64,000 nucleotides of DNA. It comes from Pelotomaculum sp. (GTDB taxonomy: Bacteria; Bacillota; Desulfotomaculia; Desulfotomaculales; Pelotomaculaceae). Made by a program: the position numbers and the translations under genes. The notes under the pieces were generated by a model, which did no database searches, was not told the origin of the DNA, and saw only the letters and a list, made by a program, of their open reading frames with translations. The stretch lies in assembly GCA_018435055.1 (NCBI GenBank), contig JAHDOA010000007.1, forward strand, positions 31,853-95,852. The letters are read 5' to 3'. Shown piece by piece: positions 26,739 to 35,898 of this stretch (positions are counted from its first letter, which is position 1; each line of letters begins with the position of its first letter).

Positions 26739-26859
26739 GGACATATTAAAATATACACATTACACATACCACATCCCTCAATGAATATATTATAAGCCCG
26801 CTGTTAAAAAAAACAAGTATTATTTTAGACAAGCAGATACCGGTTTAATTCTAATTCCG

Positions 26860-26888
26860 GCAGGATTTTAACTGACAAAAAACGAATA
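26860..26888 (+). promoter_or_regulatory. SigH-like promoter for the cobalamin salvage operon
   Basis: GCAGGATTT-N12-AACGAATA. Confidence 0.55.
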
Positions 26889-26914
26889 CAGTTTTAATAG
26901 AATATAGCCGCACT

Positions 26915-27086
26915 TAAAATAGTGAACAGGTCGCATTTAATAGCGTTAAAAGGGAAGTCCGGTATGATCCGGCGCGGTCCCGCCACTGTAAGGGGATGAA
27001 CTCTAAAATGTCACTGGTCAGGCTCAGCTGCCGGCCGGGAAGACAGAGCCGTCAAATGACCCTCAGCCAGGAGACCTGCCTGTTCT
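26915..27086 (+). promoter_or_regulatory. cobalamin riboswitch 1
   Basis: AAAGGGAAGTCCGG...CCGGCGCGGTCCCGCCACTGTAA...CACTGG...GGGAAG...AGCCAGGAGACCTGCC (B12 box); terminator-like hairpin at 27166-27197. Confidence 0.93.
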
Positions 27087-27254
27087 TTAATCACTAAAAT
27101 ACCTACGGTTGATAGGTAGTGATTGTTCAGGTCAAAGTTGTTATTACGAAAAACCTGGATGAACTGCCCCGTCCCCGTGTTTTAGGTCGGGGTTTTTGAT
27201 TTATATAAGGCTATGTGCGCATAAATTTTTGTGAGATGAGGATGGTGTTAGGGT

Positions 27255-28037
27255 TTGGTAAATGCTAGCCGGACTTCGTTGGAATATCTCCTGCCTGAAG
27301 CAGGCAAATGGCTTACACTGCAAGACGGACTGTACGCCATCCCGGGGCCCGGTTATATTCTGGTAACAGCCGTTACACCGTGGCTCACTGTTAATTCTGG
27401 AATAATTGGCGGCGGTATCAACTACAAGCGGTACTTTATAAACCGCCAGGTAGAAAAAGATTACACCTCGGACTTTCCAGCAGATGAGATGGCTGATTAC
27501 CTGACATCGCGCTTTGCGTCATACAAACCTGCCGCATCAGAATGGGCGGCACTGATGACAGCAGCCAGGGTAGTTGACGCGTGCTGGCTGAAAATAACAC
27601 ACCGGGACTGCCGGGCGCATGTGATAGTTACAGCTGGGGTCAACAACGCCTGCTCCGCCGGCGTTACCCCCTATTGCGTTCCCGGCAAATTAGCCCCCGG
27701 AACAATTAACATCATGTCCTTCTTCTCCCACGCCCTGACACCGGGCGCGCTGGTTAACGCCGTTCAGACGGTGACGGAAGCCAAAACCCAGATCTTGCGC
27801 GAGTTCAATATTACCTGCCCGGCAACGGGCGCCTTCGCCAGCGGGACAAACACCGACGCGACGTTAATAGCTGCCGCTACAGGCGCCCTTCTCCACGAAT
27901 ATGCCGGACCGGGGACATTAGCCGGTTATATACTCGCCTGCGGCGTACGCGCAGCGTTGACCCGGGCGCTTAAGACCTACCTGGCGCGGCAGGCGCAGGG
28001 CGTTTATGATGAAATCCCATGTAAAGATATTTTATGA
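27255..28037 (+). CDS. cbiZ: adenosylcobinamide amidohydrolase
   Basis: LMTAA, VTAGVNNA, PGTINI, VQTVTEAK, ASGTNTDA; under a B12 riboswitch. Confidence 0.8.
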   Translation: MVNASRTSLEYLLPEAGKWLTLQDGLYAIPGPGYILVTAVTPWLTVNSGIIGGGINYKRYFINRQVEKDYTSDFPADEMADYLTSRFASYKPAASEWAALMTAARVVDACWLKITHRDCRAHVIVTAGVNNACSAGVTPYCVPGKLAPGTINIMSFFSHALTPGALVNAVQTVTEAKTQILREFNITCPATGAFASGTNTDATLIAAATGALLHEYAGPGTLAGYILACGVRAALTRALKTYLARQAQGVYDEIPCKDIL

Positions 28038-28055
28038 TCTTGAAAGGAGTCTGTT

Positions 28056-29003
28056 ATGTTTAGAGAAAGGAAATCGTCTTTTTCTGCGCTGCTTTTTGTT
28101 TCATTAATCCTGTCTGTCACAATCCTGCTGCAGGGTTGCGGCCAGCCAATTAAATCATCCAGCGTCACAAGTTTTCCTATGCAAATTACTGATGATCTGG
28201 GCCGGACAGTAACAATCGAGGAGGCGCCCCGGCGCATTGTTTCCCTGGCGCCGGCTATCACTGAAAGCCTCTTCGCTCTGGGATTAGCTGACAAGGTAGT
28301 GGGCGTGACCAATTACTGTGACTATCCGGCTGAGGCTGCGACAAAACCAAAAATCGGCGGTTTTTCCACTCCGAATGTGGAACTGGTAGTGGCAGCCGGG
28401 CCGGATCTGGTCTTGGCGTCTACCATTAACGCCAATTATGTGCCGCAATTGGAAAATGCGGGCCTTACAGTGGTTACGGTAGAATCGCTGAACCTGGAAG
28501 AGGTACTGGATAACATTCGCCTGATCGGCAGGGTTAGCGGGGCGGCAGAAGCGGCAGACAGCCTGACGGCTGATATGAGGCAACGAATCGACAGCATTAC
28601 CGCCCAATTGAGTGGCCTTGCCGAAGAACAAAAGCCTGCAGTGTATTTTGAAATATGGCCGGATCCCCTTACTACGGGCGGCTCGAAAAGCTTTGTCAAC
28701 AGTCTCATAACTACGGCGGGGGGCAGAAACATCGCCGGCGACGTGGCTCGGGACTGGGTAAATTTGAGTCCCGAGATGGTGTTGGCCAGGGATCCCCAGG
28801 TGGCGATTTTATGCCACCACGGTTCATCCTTGCAAACTGTGGAAGAATTTAAAAACCGCACGGGCTGGGGACAGGTGTCCGCCATCAGGAATAACCGCAT
28901 CGGCCTGGTCAGCGACGAAAACACTGTGGTCCGCACCGGCCCGCGCGTGATAGAGGGTTTTGAATTTATTGCGAAATTGGTCCACCCCGACTTGATAAAA
29001 TAG
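28056..29003 (+). CDS. btuF: cobalamin ABC substrate-binding lipoprotein
   Basis: lipobox LQGC, RRIVSLAPAITE, VTNYCDYP, RTGPR. Confidence 0.88.
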   Translation: MFRERKSSFSALLFVSLILSVTILLQGCGQPIKSSSVTSFPMQITDDLGRTVTIEEAPRRIVSLAPAITESLFALGLADKVVGVTNYCDYPAEAATKPKIGGFSTPNVELVVAAGPDLVLASTINANYVPQLENAGLTVVTVESLNLEEVLDNIRLIGRVSGAAEAADSLTADMRQRIDSITAQLSGLAEEQKPAVYFEIWPDPLTTGGSKSFVNSLITTAGGRNIAGDVARDWVNLSPEMVLARDPQVAILCHHGSSLQTVEEFKNRTGWGQVSAIRNNRIGLVSDENTVVRTGPRVIEGFEFIAKLVHPDLIK

Positions 29004-29023
29004 AAAATTTAGGGGGGAATTAG

Positions 29024-30076
29024 TTGAACCAACATGACCGGAATTGGCGGCGGAGGGCGGTAGTATTCATATTGCCGGCCGCCCTGGGGCTGACAGTGAT
29101 TTTATGTACTACTATCGGCCCGGCGGGGATAGCTTTTACAGATGTGCTGACGATGCTGTTGCGCCGCTTACCCTGGATCGGCAACCTGATACCGCGCGGC
29201 GATTGGCCCGCAAACTATGAAATTATCGTTTTGCAAATGAGGCTGGCGCGGGTAATCCTGGCGGCCCTTGTCGGCGCAGGGCTGGCCGCCTCCGGTGTAG
29301 TCCTGCAGGGGCTTCTCATAAACCCGATGGCCGACCCTTATATCCTGGGTATTTCCCAGGGCGCCGCCCTCGGCGCAACAGTAGCCATGCTGTCACTTGG
29401 CGGGACAATAGCGCTGGGGATATATTCGGTCCCACTGGTGGCCTTTCTATGCGGCTTGGCCACGTCCATCATTGTCTACAACCTGGCCAGAGCAGGAAAC
29501 CGGGTGCAAATGTCCACCCTGCTCCTGGCCGGTATAGCAGCCGGGCTGTTTCTTTCATCCATAACCTCGTATCTCATGATTACCAGCGGGCAGAACGCCC
29601 ATCAGATACTTTTCTGGATGATTGGCGGTTTCTCCGGACGCGGCTGGGATCATGTAAAGATTTTGCTGCCATATATCCTGATCGGTTACTTCCTGATGCA
29701 TCTTTATGCCCGCAAGATGAACATAATCCTGCTGGGAGAAGAATCAGCGCAGCACCTGGGCATAGATGTGGAAAAAATGAAAAAAATTCTGCTGGCGGCG
29801 GCGACATTAACTACCGCTTCCGCCGTTTCAGTCAGCGGCGTTATTGCTTTTGTCGGGCTGATTATACCCCACGCGGTGCGTATGCTGGTTGGCCCCGATC
29901 ACCGGACGCTGCTCCCCGCAGCGGCTCTCACCGGAGCGATTTTCCTGGCTGTGGCGGACGCCCTGGCCCGCGTCGCAGCAGCCCCCGAGGAGATACCGGT
30001 AGGCATTATTACAGCCCTGTGCGGCGGTCCCTTTTTCATATACTTGTTAAGAAAAAAAAATCACCCGGGATATTAA
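29024..30076 (+). CDS. btuC: cobalamin ABC permease (FecCD family)
   Basis: RLARVILA, NPMADPYILGISQGA, IAFVGLIIPH, GGPFFIYLL. Confidence 0.88.
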   Translation: MNQHDRNWRRRAVVFILPAALGLTVILCTTIGPAGIAFTDVLTMLLRRLPWIGNLIPRGDWPANYEIIVLQMRLARVILAALVGAGLAASGVVLQGLLINPMADPYILGISQGAALGATVAMLSLGGTIALGIYSVPLVAFLCGLATSIIVYNLARAGNRVQMSTLLLAGIAAGLFLSSITSYLMITSGQNAHQILFWMIGGFSGRGWDHVKILLPYILIGYFLMHLYARKMNIILLGEESAQHLGIDVEKMKKILLAAATLTTASAVSVSGVIAFVGLIIPHAVRMLVGPDHRTLLPAAALTGAIFLAVADALARVAAAPEEIPVGIITALCGGPFFIYLLRKKNHPGY

Positions 30077-30124
30077 AGAGATTTCTCCGGCATCCGCTTT
30101 TTGCTGAACCTGGAGGTTAAGATA

Positions 30125-31381
30125 ATGGCTGTGACTTTAAAAATAAATGATATCGAATGTTCATACGGGGCGGTTAAAGTGCTGAACGGGTTGGCCTTTT
30201 CCATCAGCAGCGGTAGTTTTAACGGCATAATCGGCCCCAACGGCTCAGGCAAATCGACCCTTCTAAAATCACTGAGCCGGGTGCTTAAACCTGTCAAAGG
30301 GACAGTACTGCTGAACGAAAAGGACCTGTACAAAATGAGCCCGCAGGAAGTGGCCAAAAAAATGGCTGTGGTTCCCCAGGAAACTGCTGTAAACTTCTCA
30401 TTCACTGTTAAAGATATCGTTATTATGGGCCGTTCCCCTCACCTGGGACGCTTTGAAAACGAAGGGGAAAAAGATTTTGCAGCGGCCAGACAGGCAATGG
30501 CCTTGACCGGCACGCTCCACCTGGCTGACCGTCTGATCACGGCTGTCAGCGGCGGTGAAAGACAGAGAGTGATTATTGCCAGGGCTTTAACCCAGGAACC
30601 GGAGATAATCTTACTGGACGAGCCGACATCACACCTGGATATCAACCACCAGGTAGAAATCCTCAGCCTGCTGCAGCGGCTGAACAGGGAAAACAACCTG
30701 ACCATAATCTCAGTCTTTCACGATCTGAACCTGGCCGCGCAGTACTGCGACAGCCTTATTTTAATGAAAAAGGGCGCTGTATTCACTGTGGGCGAACCAG
30801 CGTCAGTACTTACATCCGGCAACATAAAGGAAGTATATGGCGCCAGTGTTTTAGTTAGAAAACATCCCGTGACCGGACGGCCTTCTATTATTCTTTTGGG
30901 CCGGGACACGCAGATTAATTCTAAAGGCGGTCGCATCCATGTGGTATGCGGCGGCGGGGCGGGCGCCTCCATACTGGGGCTGCTGGCCGGACAGGGTTAT
31001 GAGTTGACCGCCGGTGTGCTCAACGCGGGGGATGTCGACTGGGAAACGGCCAGGTTCCTGGATATCAGGATGGCTGAGGAAATACCCTTCCTGCCGGTTT
31101 CTGAACAAAGCCACCGGGAAAACATAAAACTCCTCACTGAAGCCGATGTATGCATACTGGCAAACATCCCCTTCGGCCGGGGTAACTTGAAAAACCTAGA
31201 GGCTGTCTCACTTGCCCTGGAACAGTCAAAACCTGTCTTGATTATTGAAGGACGGGATATCAAGGAGCGTGATTTTACGGGCGGCGAAGCGGAGCTGCTG
31301 TATAACGGGTTAAAGGAAAATGGCGCCCTTGTCCTGCGTGATGAAGCCGCTGTCCTGAATAAACTGCGGGATTATTTTTAA
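30125..31381 (+). CDS. btuD: cobalamin ABC ATPase with C-terminal extension
   Basis: GPNGSGKS, VSGGERQR, LLDEPTSHLD; about 170 extra C-terminal residues; GGAGG RBS before ATG 30125. Confidence 0.85.
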   Translation: MAVTLKINDIECSYGAVKVLNGLAFSISSGSFNGIIGPNGSGKSTLLKSLSRVLKPVKGTVLLNEKDLYKMSPQEVAKKMAVVPQETAVNFSFTVKDIVIMGRSPHLGRFENEGEKDFAAARQAMALTGTLHLADRLITAVSGGERQRVIIARALTQEPEIILLDEPTSHLDINHQVEILSLLQRLNRENNLTIISVFHDLNLAAQYCDSLILMKKGAVFTVGEPASVLTSGNIKEVYGASVLVRKHPVTGRPSIILLGRDTQINSKGGRIHVVCGGGAGASILGLLAGQGYELTAGVLNAGDVDWETARFLDIRMAEEIPFLPVSEQSHRENIKLLTEADVCILANIPFGRGNLKNLEAVSLALEQSKPVLIIEGRDIKERDFTGGEAELLYNGLKENGALVLRDEAAVLNKLRDYF

Positions 31382-31407
31382 TTTTCTTTGATTTTACAAA
31401 TTCAATA

Positions 31408-31436
31408 TTGCCACAAACAACCCTTGTTGGTATAAT
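31408..31436 (+). promoter_or_regulatory. SigA promoter for the c-di-AMP riboswitch-dapB transcript
   Basis: TTGCCA-N17-TATAAT with extended TG. Confidence 0.7.
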
Positions 31437-31480
31437 AAGTTGTAGCAAATATTTGACAATTGAGTGATTACTGTTTTACA

Positions 31481-31672
31481 AACCGCTCAATTCTAATAGT
31501 TAGAAGCGGGGGAACCAATCTTTACCGGGGTGAATCAATTCAGTAGTTAGTAGTTAGTAGTCAGTAGTCGAACACCATCTGACAACAGACTACCCACAAC
31601 CGACTACCGAATCGTAGGGCTATTCTTTCAGCCCGAATCCGTCAGCTAACCTCGTCAGCGTTGAAAGGGAAG
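31481..31672 (+). promoter_or_regulatory. c-di-AMP (ydaO/yuaA) riboswitch
   Basis: CCGCTCAAT...GCGGGGGAACCA...GGGGTGAATC...GTAGGGCTA...CCCGAATCCGTCAGCTAACCTCGTCAGCG consensus blocks. Confidence 0.92.
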
Positions 31673-31738
31673 CAGTTTAATTTATATATGCCGCATAATT
31701 CTGCCATGCGCTCATGCATTATATTGCGCGTTCCTTTT

Positions 31739-31770
31739 AACCCCGGTATTTTAGACCACGGGGTTTTTTT
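31739..31770 (+). terminator. expression-platform terminator of the c-di-AMP riboswitch
   Basis: AACCCCGGT...ACCACGGGGTT followed by a T tract, 30 nt before dapB. Confidence 0.75.
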
Positions 31771-31801
31771 ATCAAAAAATTGTGGTATAGGAGGGAACTA
31801 A

Positions 31802-32665
31802 ATGTCCGCCAAAGTTAGAGTAGCGCTTTTTGGATTTGGCCGTATGAGTCAGGCTGCAGCCAGGAATTTGCTAAGAAACCCGTCTGTAAAGCTTGTGCTG
31901 GTGGCAAGCCGCAGCGGCGGCGAAAAAATAGGCAGGGATATAGGGGATATCCTGGGGATTCCGGCCACAGGGTTAATTGTCAAGGGAGCTGATCAACTTG
32001 CCCAGTCTCTGGCTGCGGCGCGTCCCAGTATTGTAGTCGATTTCACCAACCCCGAAGCAAGCCTCACCAACCTGAAAACAGCAGCCAAATACGGCGCTCA
32101 CTTGATTGTGGGCACCACGGGGTATACAAAATTCCAGACCGAAGCGTTGCGTTCCATAGCGAATATGTATGAAGTAAGCCTGATTATGGCGCCCAACCTT
32201 TCTATCGGCATAAACGTGCTGATAGATTCAGCGAAAAAGATGGCGAAAGTGCTGAAGGGATTTGATATTGAGGTAATTGAGGAACACCACCGGCACAAGA
32301 AGGATGCTCCTTCCGGCACCGCCATCCGGCTGGCCAGGTTAATTGCTGAAGGGGTGGGTATAAATCCTGAGAAAGAATTGATTTTTGGCAGGCAGGGAAA
32401 TAAAAGCGCCAAAGGAAGAGAAATCGCCATACATGCCATACGTGGCGGCGGAACCATAGGAGTGCATAAAATTGTCTTTATCAGTGACAACGAACGACTG
32501 GAAATAAAACATGAATCATTAAACCGCAACGCTTTTACCGACTGCTTAATAAAAGTAATAGAATATGTGCACTCCCATCCACCCGGCATATATTCAGTTG
32601 AAGAAATTTTAGGTCTGGGAACACCTGCGCCTGTTGCAAAGATGGTAAAAATGGATGTATCGTAG
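31802..32665 (+). CDS. dapB: 4-hydroxy-tetrahydrodipicolinate reductase
   Basis: VDFTNP, VGTTG, APNLSIG, catalytic EHHRHKKDAPSGTA. Confidence 0.9.
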   Translation: MSAKVRVALFGFGRMSQAAARNLLRNPSVKLVLVASRSGGEKIGRDIGDILGIPATGLIVKGADQLAQSLAAARPSIVVDFTNPEASLTNLKTAAKYGAHLIVGTTGYTKFQTEALRSIANMYEVSLIMAPNLSIGINVLIDSAKKMAKVLKGFDIEVIEEHHRHKKDAPSGTAIRLARLIAEGVGINPEKELIFGRQGNKSAKGREIAIHAIRGGGTIGVHKIVFISDNERLEIKHESLNRNAFTDCLIKVIEYVHSHPPGIYSVEEILGLGTPAPVAKMVKMDVS

Positions 32666-32742
32666 CTGGCCTTTTTTATCCCAACCAATATTTTTTATAT
32701 GGACAAATCTACTGGTTGATGTTAGGATGTTCTTAATTAAAA

Positions 32743-32916
32743 AATACTGTCCAGGTACTCCGGAGATGGAGTGTGAAAAGGGAACCGGGTGCGAATCCCG
32801 GACGGTCAGGCCACTGTATGTGGGGAGCGGCTCCCTTGATGCCACTGGGTTAACGGTTAGCCCGGGAAGGCGGGAGTATGGCTGAGATCCACAAGTCAGG
32901 AGACCTGCCTGGTCAG
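32743..32916 (+). promoter_or_regulatory. cobalamin riboswitch 2 (no credible downstream CDS)
   Basis: AGGT...AAAAGGGAACCGGGTGCGAATCCCGGACGGTCAGGCCACTGTA...GCCACTGGG...CCCGGGAAGGC...AAGTCAGGAGACCTGCC. Confidence 0.92.
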
Positions 32917-33053
32917 TTGGTACCGCCTTCCGTGTAAAGGCCGGGCTGTTTTTTGTTTTTCACAGTGTTTTAGCTTTGGGAAACCCGGATTTCTCAGCGA
33001 AGGAGCCGGGTTTTCCATTTGTCTCCTTCTTCCAAAATCATTTTATTTTATTT

Positions 33054-33080
33054 ATCCGTCCATTTGGACGGATTTTTTTT
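33054..33080 (+). terminator. intrinsic terminator ending the riboswitch-2 transcript
   Basis: ATCCGTCC-ATTT-GGACGGAT followed by a T tract. Confidence 0.85.
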
Positions 33081-33174
33081 GTCCACCAAACGGGATTTGA
33101 CAATTTTAAGAATAAATATATGCTAATATCAGAGGAGTATTTTACTCTAAAGAGTTTATCTGGGAGTGATAATT

Positions 33175-33711
33175 GTGAACAGACGCAGGAGAGCCAGCCG
33201 CAAATTTAAGCAAGCATGCCAACCGGAGAAACAGCGCCGCATTGATGCTGAACAACCGGCTGCATCCAAATTAGCAGGAGAAGAACCCGTTCAGGAAAAA
33301 CCAGCCCGGGCAGAAAAAGACCAGGCAGTAAAAACAAGCGGCCTCCCGCTTGCCGTGATCCTGGAGATACTAGCCACAGAATATGAGGATGGAAGACAGG
33401 GGGACGCGCTGTGCAGGGTAGCGGCGCGCCTGGCCGAGGAAAGCGGGGAAATCGCCGGATACCGGGCCAGATGGGACGAGGCCCTGGAAGAACCCTCCGG
33501 CAACCTTTCAATATACCTGTTTGACCGCCGCCAGGCTATGGAACTGATTCGCTATCATCAGAACAAGGGGAACAGGGAAGCCTTGAAAAAAGAAGAGGAC
33601 AAACTCCGGTTAGCAGAAGGACGCCTGCTCCTCGGTCAGTCCCAGCCGCTGAGAATAACCAGCGACGACCTTGAGAAACTGGAGGAATTCATCAGGGAAA
33701 GCGGGTTCTAG
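33175..33711 (+). CDS. hypothetical protein
   Basis: 178-aa ORF; GTG 33175 preceded by GGGAGTG; own TTGACA at 33097; no family recognised. Confidence 0.7.
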   Translation: MNRRRRASRKFKQACQPEKQRRIDAEQPAASKLAGEEPVQEKPARAEKDQAVKTSGLPLAVILEILATEYEDGRQGDALCRVAARLAEESGEIAGYRARWDEALEEPSGNLSIYLFDRRQAMELIRYHQNKGNREALKKEEDKLRLAEGRLLLGQSQPLRITSDDLEKLEEFIRESGF

Positions 33712-33791
33712 CAAAAACATCAGACTTAATGAGTATATCTGTGCATCGCGCAATTATAAATAGATAGAACCAACGGGAAAAGCCGGTAATC

Positions 33792-34229
33792 CTAGTCTTT
33801 GGTGATCAGAACCGGACACCTGGCATTCTGGGTTACATAGTTCGAAACGCTACCCAGCCCCAGCATAAGCCCTTCGAGAATGCCCCGGTTACGCGATCCC
33901 ATGGCAATCAAATCTATTTTTTCTTTTTCTGCAAAGCTTATAATAGCCGGCCCGGGGCTGTCTTTTACAATTAGCGTTTGCACCGGCACACCCTGGGCTT
34001 TAACTTTTTCTGCGGCCTCGGCCAGCTCTTCTTTAAAGTATTCACAACTTTTGTCCTCCAGATCTTTAAGCATATCCCGGTCTGCAAACGATGCAACCAT
34101 GCTGGGCATTTTGACGGAGGTAATGACAAATATTTCTGCATGGCAGTTATTGGCAATTTCTGTTGCAATTTCCAGGGCTTTACGGGCTTTTTTCCCGCTG
34201 TCATAAGCAACAAGAATCCTTTTGAGCAT
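33792..34229 (-). CDS. universal stress protein (UspA family)
   Basis: KRILVAYDSG, IDLIAMGSRNRG, LGSVSNYVTQNARCPVL. Confidence 0.93.
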   Translation of the reverse strand: MLKRILVAYDSGKKARKALEIATEIANNCHAEIFVITSVKMPSMVASFADRDMLKDLEDKSCEYFKEELAEAAEKVKAQGVPVQTLIVKDSPGPAIISFAEKEKIDLIAMGSRNRGILEGLMLGLGSVSNYVTQNARCPVLITKD

Positions 34230-34471
34230 TTTACTAACCATCCCTTTCTTGAATCATGAAGGAATTTCTTTCAGACTAGAATTCTCCTTCATAATTAATA
34301 ATCCTATAATGCCGCATTCTTTTCCTGCCAATAATAGATAAATAGGTAAAATTTCTTGTTCAGTTATAATCGTTATGATAGAGTAACATATAAACCCTTG
34401 TTTTAGTAAAACAAAATTTTTATGATTGATAGTAAATATCGGCTCAATAGACACCAGCCGGCATAAACGGA

Positions 34472-35878
34472 GTGAAGGTTTTGCCCGAACAGTACCAGGC
34501 AGCGATAGCCACTGCAATTTTTCTGATTACCTATACCATAATAGTATCCGAGAGGATACACCGTACAGTTGCCGCCCTTACCGGGGCGGTGCTGGTGGTA
34601 TTATTAGGCATAATCAATCTGGAGATATCGATCGAGGCTATTGACTTCAATACAATCGGCCTGCTGGTTGGGATGATGATTATTGTAGGGATAACCAGGC
34701 ATACCGGTGTGTTCGAGTTTCTAGCAATAAAGGCCGCCAAAAATGCGAAAGGGGAGCCGCTGAAAATCATCGCTGCCCTTTCGCTGGTTACGGCCGTACT
34801 ATCAGCGTTATTAGATAATGTCACTACCGTACTGTTAATTGTGCCTGTCACTTTTGCCATCGCCAGGCAGCTGAGAATCTCGCCGCTGCCATTTCTGATC
34901 GCTGAGATTATTGCCTCCAACATCGGCGGCACTGCCACATTAATTGGAGACCCGCCGAACATCATGATCGGCAGCGCTGTCGGTCTTGGGTTCATGGACT
35001 TTGTTTTCAACCTGACCCCGGTTGTTGTAGTAATATACGTTTTGACCATCCCCCTGCTCCAGCTCATCTACCGGAAACAACTGTCAGCCAGGGAAGACCT
35101 GCAGGAAAATATAATGCGTTTGAATGAGCGCGAAGAGCTAAAGGACCCCGTCCTGCTGCGAAAAAGTCTTCTAGTACTCGCCCTAACCGTATTAGGCTTT
35201 GTCCTGCACCAGTATGTCCACCTTGAATCGTCGGTGATAGCTCTCTCAGGCGCCACATTATTGCTGCTGATCACAAAGGAGGACCCCGAACGCGCCTTGC
35301 AGATCGTGGAATGGCCGGTTATCTTTTTCTTTATCGGGCTTTTTGTGTTGGTTGGAGCCCTGGAAGAGGTGGGTGTAATAGAAACGGTGGCCAGGTGGTC
35401 TCTTGAGGTAACGGGCGGAAACGTGCTCCCGGCAGGTATACTGATCCTCTGGCTGTCCGCTGTTGCATCATCGTTCGTTGACAACATCCCATTTGTGGCC
35501 ACGATGATCCCGCTGATCCAGGATTTGGGCCGTATCGGCGGTATTGCCGACCTGAATTTTTTGTGGTGGGCTTTGTCTTTGGGCGCCTGTCTGGGCGGCA
35601 ACGGGACCATCATCGGCGCCTCCGCCAATGTTGTAGTAATTGGTATGGCCGAAAAGAGGGGCCTTCATATAGGCTTTGTTGACTATTTTAAGATTGCCTT
35701 TCCGCTAATGCTTCTTTCTATCGTAATATCAACCGGATATCTTCTTTTCTGGTATGTTTTCCACACCCTGACCGCAATGCTCGTTACGCTAGGAACCGGA
35801 ATAATCCTGGCGCTGCTTACCAGGACGGTAACCGGCGTGCTGCTAAGAATGAGGCAAAGGGAAAACGCAAGCGGATAA
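34472..35878 (+). CDS. ArsB/NhaD (IT superfamily) ion transporter
   Basis: IDFNTIGLLVGMM, SALLDNVTTV, SNIGGTATLIGDPPNI, SSFVDNIPF, ACLGGNGT. Confidence 0.9.
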   Translation: MKVLPEQYQAAIATAIFLITYTIIVSERIHRTVAALTGAVLVVLLGIINLEISIEAIDFNTIGLLVGMMIIVGITRHTGVFEFLAIKAAKNAKGEPLKIIAALSLVTAVLSALLDNVTTVLLIVPVTFAIARQLRISPLPFLIAEIIASNIGGTATLIGDPPNIMIGSAVGLGFMDFVFNLTPVVVVIYVLTIPLLQLIYRKQLSAREDLQENIMRLNEREELKDPVLLRKSLLVLALTVLGFVLHQYVHLESSVIALSGATLLLLITKEDPERALQIVEWPVIFFFIGLFVLVGALEEVGVIETVARWSLEVTGGNVLPAGILILWLSAVASSFVDNIPFVATMIPLIQDLGRIGGIADLNFLWWALSLGACLGGNGTIIGASANVVVIGMAEKRGLHIGFVDYFKIAFPLMLLSIVISTGYLLFWYVFHTLTAMLVTLGTGIILALLTRTVTGVLLRMRQRENASG

Positions 35879-35898
35879 GGGATATATCCATACATATC

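Noticed and set aside
32990-33010. Definite ANTAR-binding element
   Set aside because: Only one hairpin resembles the motif and the conserved loop A is a G; kept as a hypothesis only.
32976-33209. 77-aa ORF after cobalamin riboswitch 2 as its regulated gene
   Set aside because: No SD before the TTG, crosses a strong terminator and encodes T-tract-derived Phe runs.
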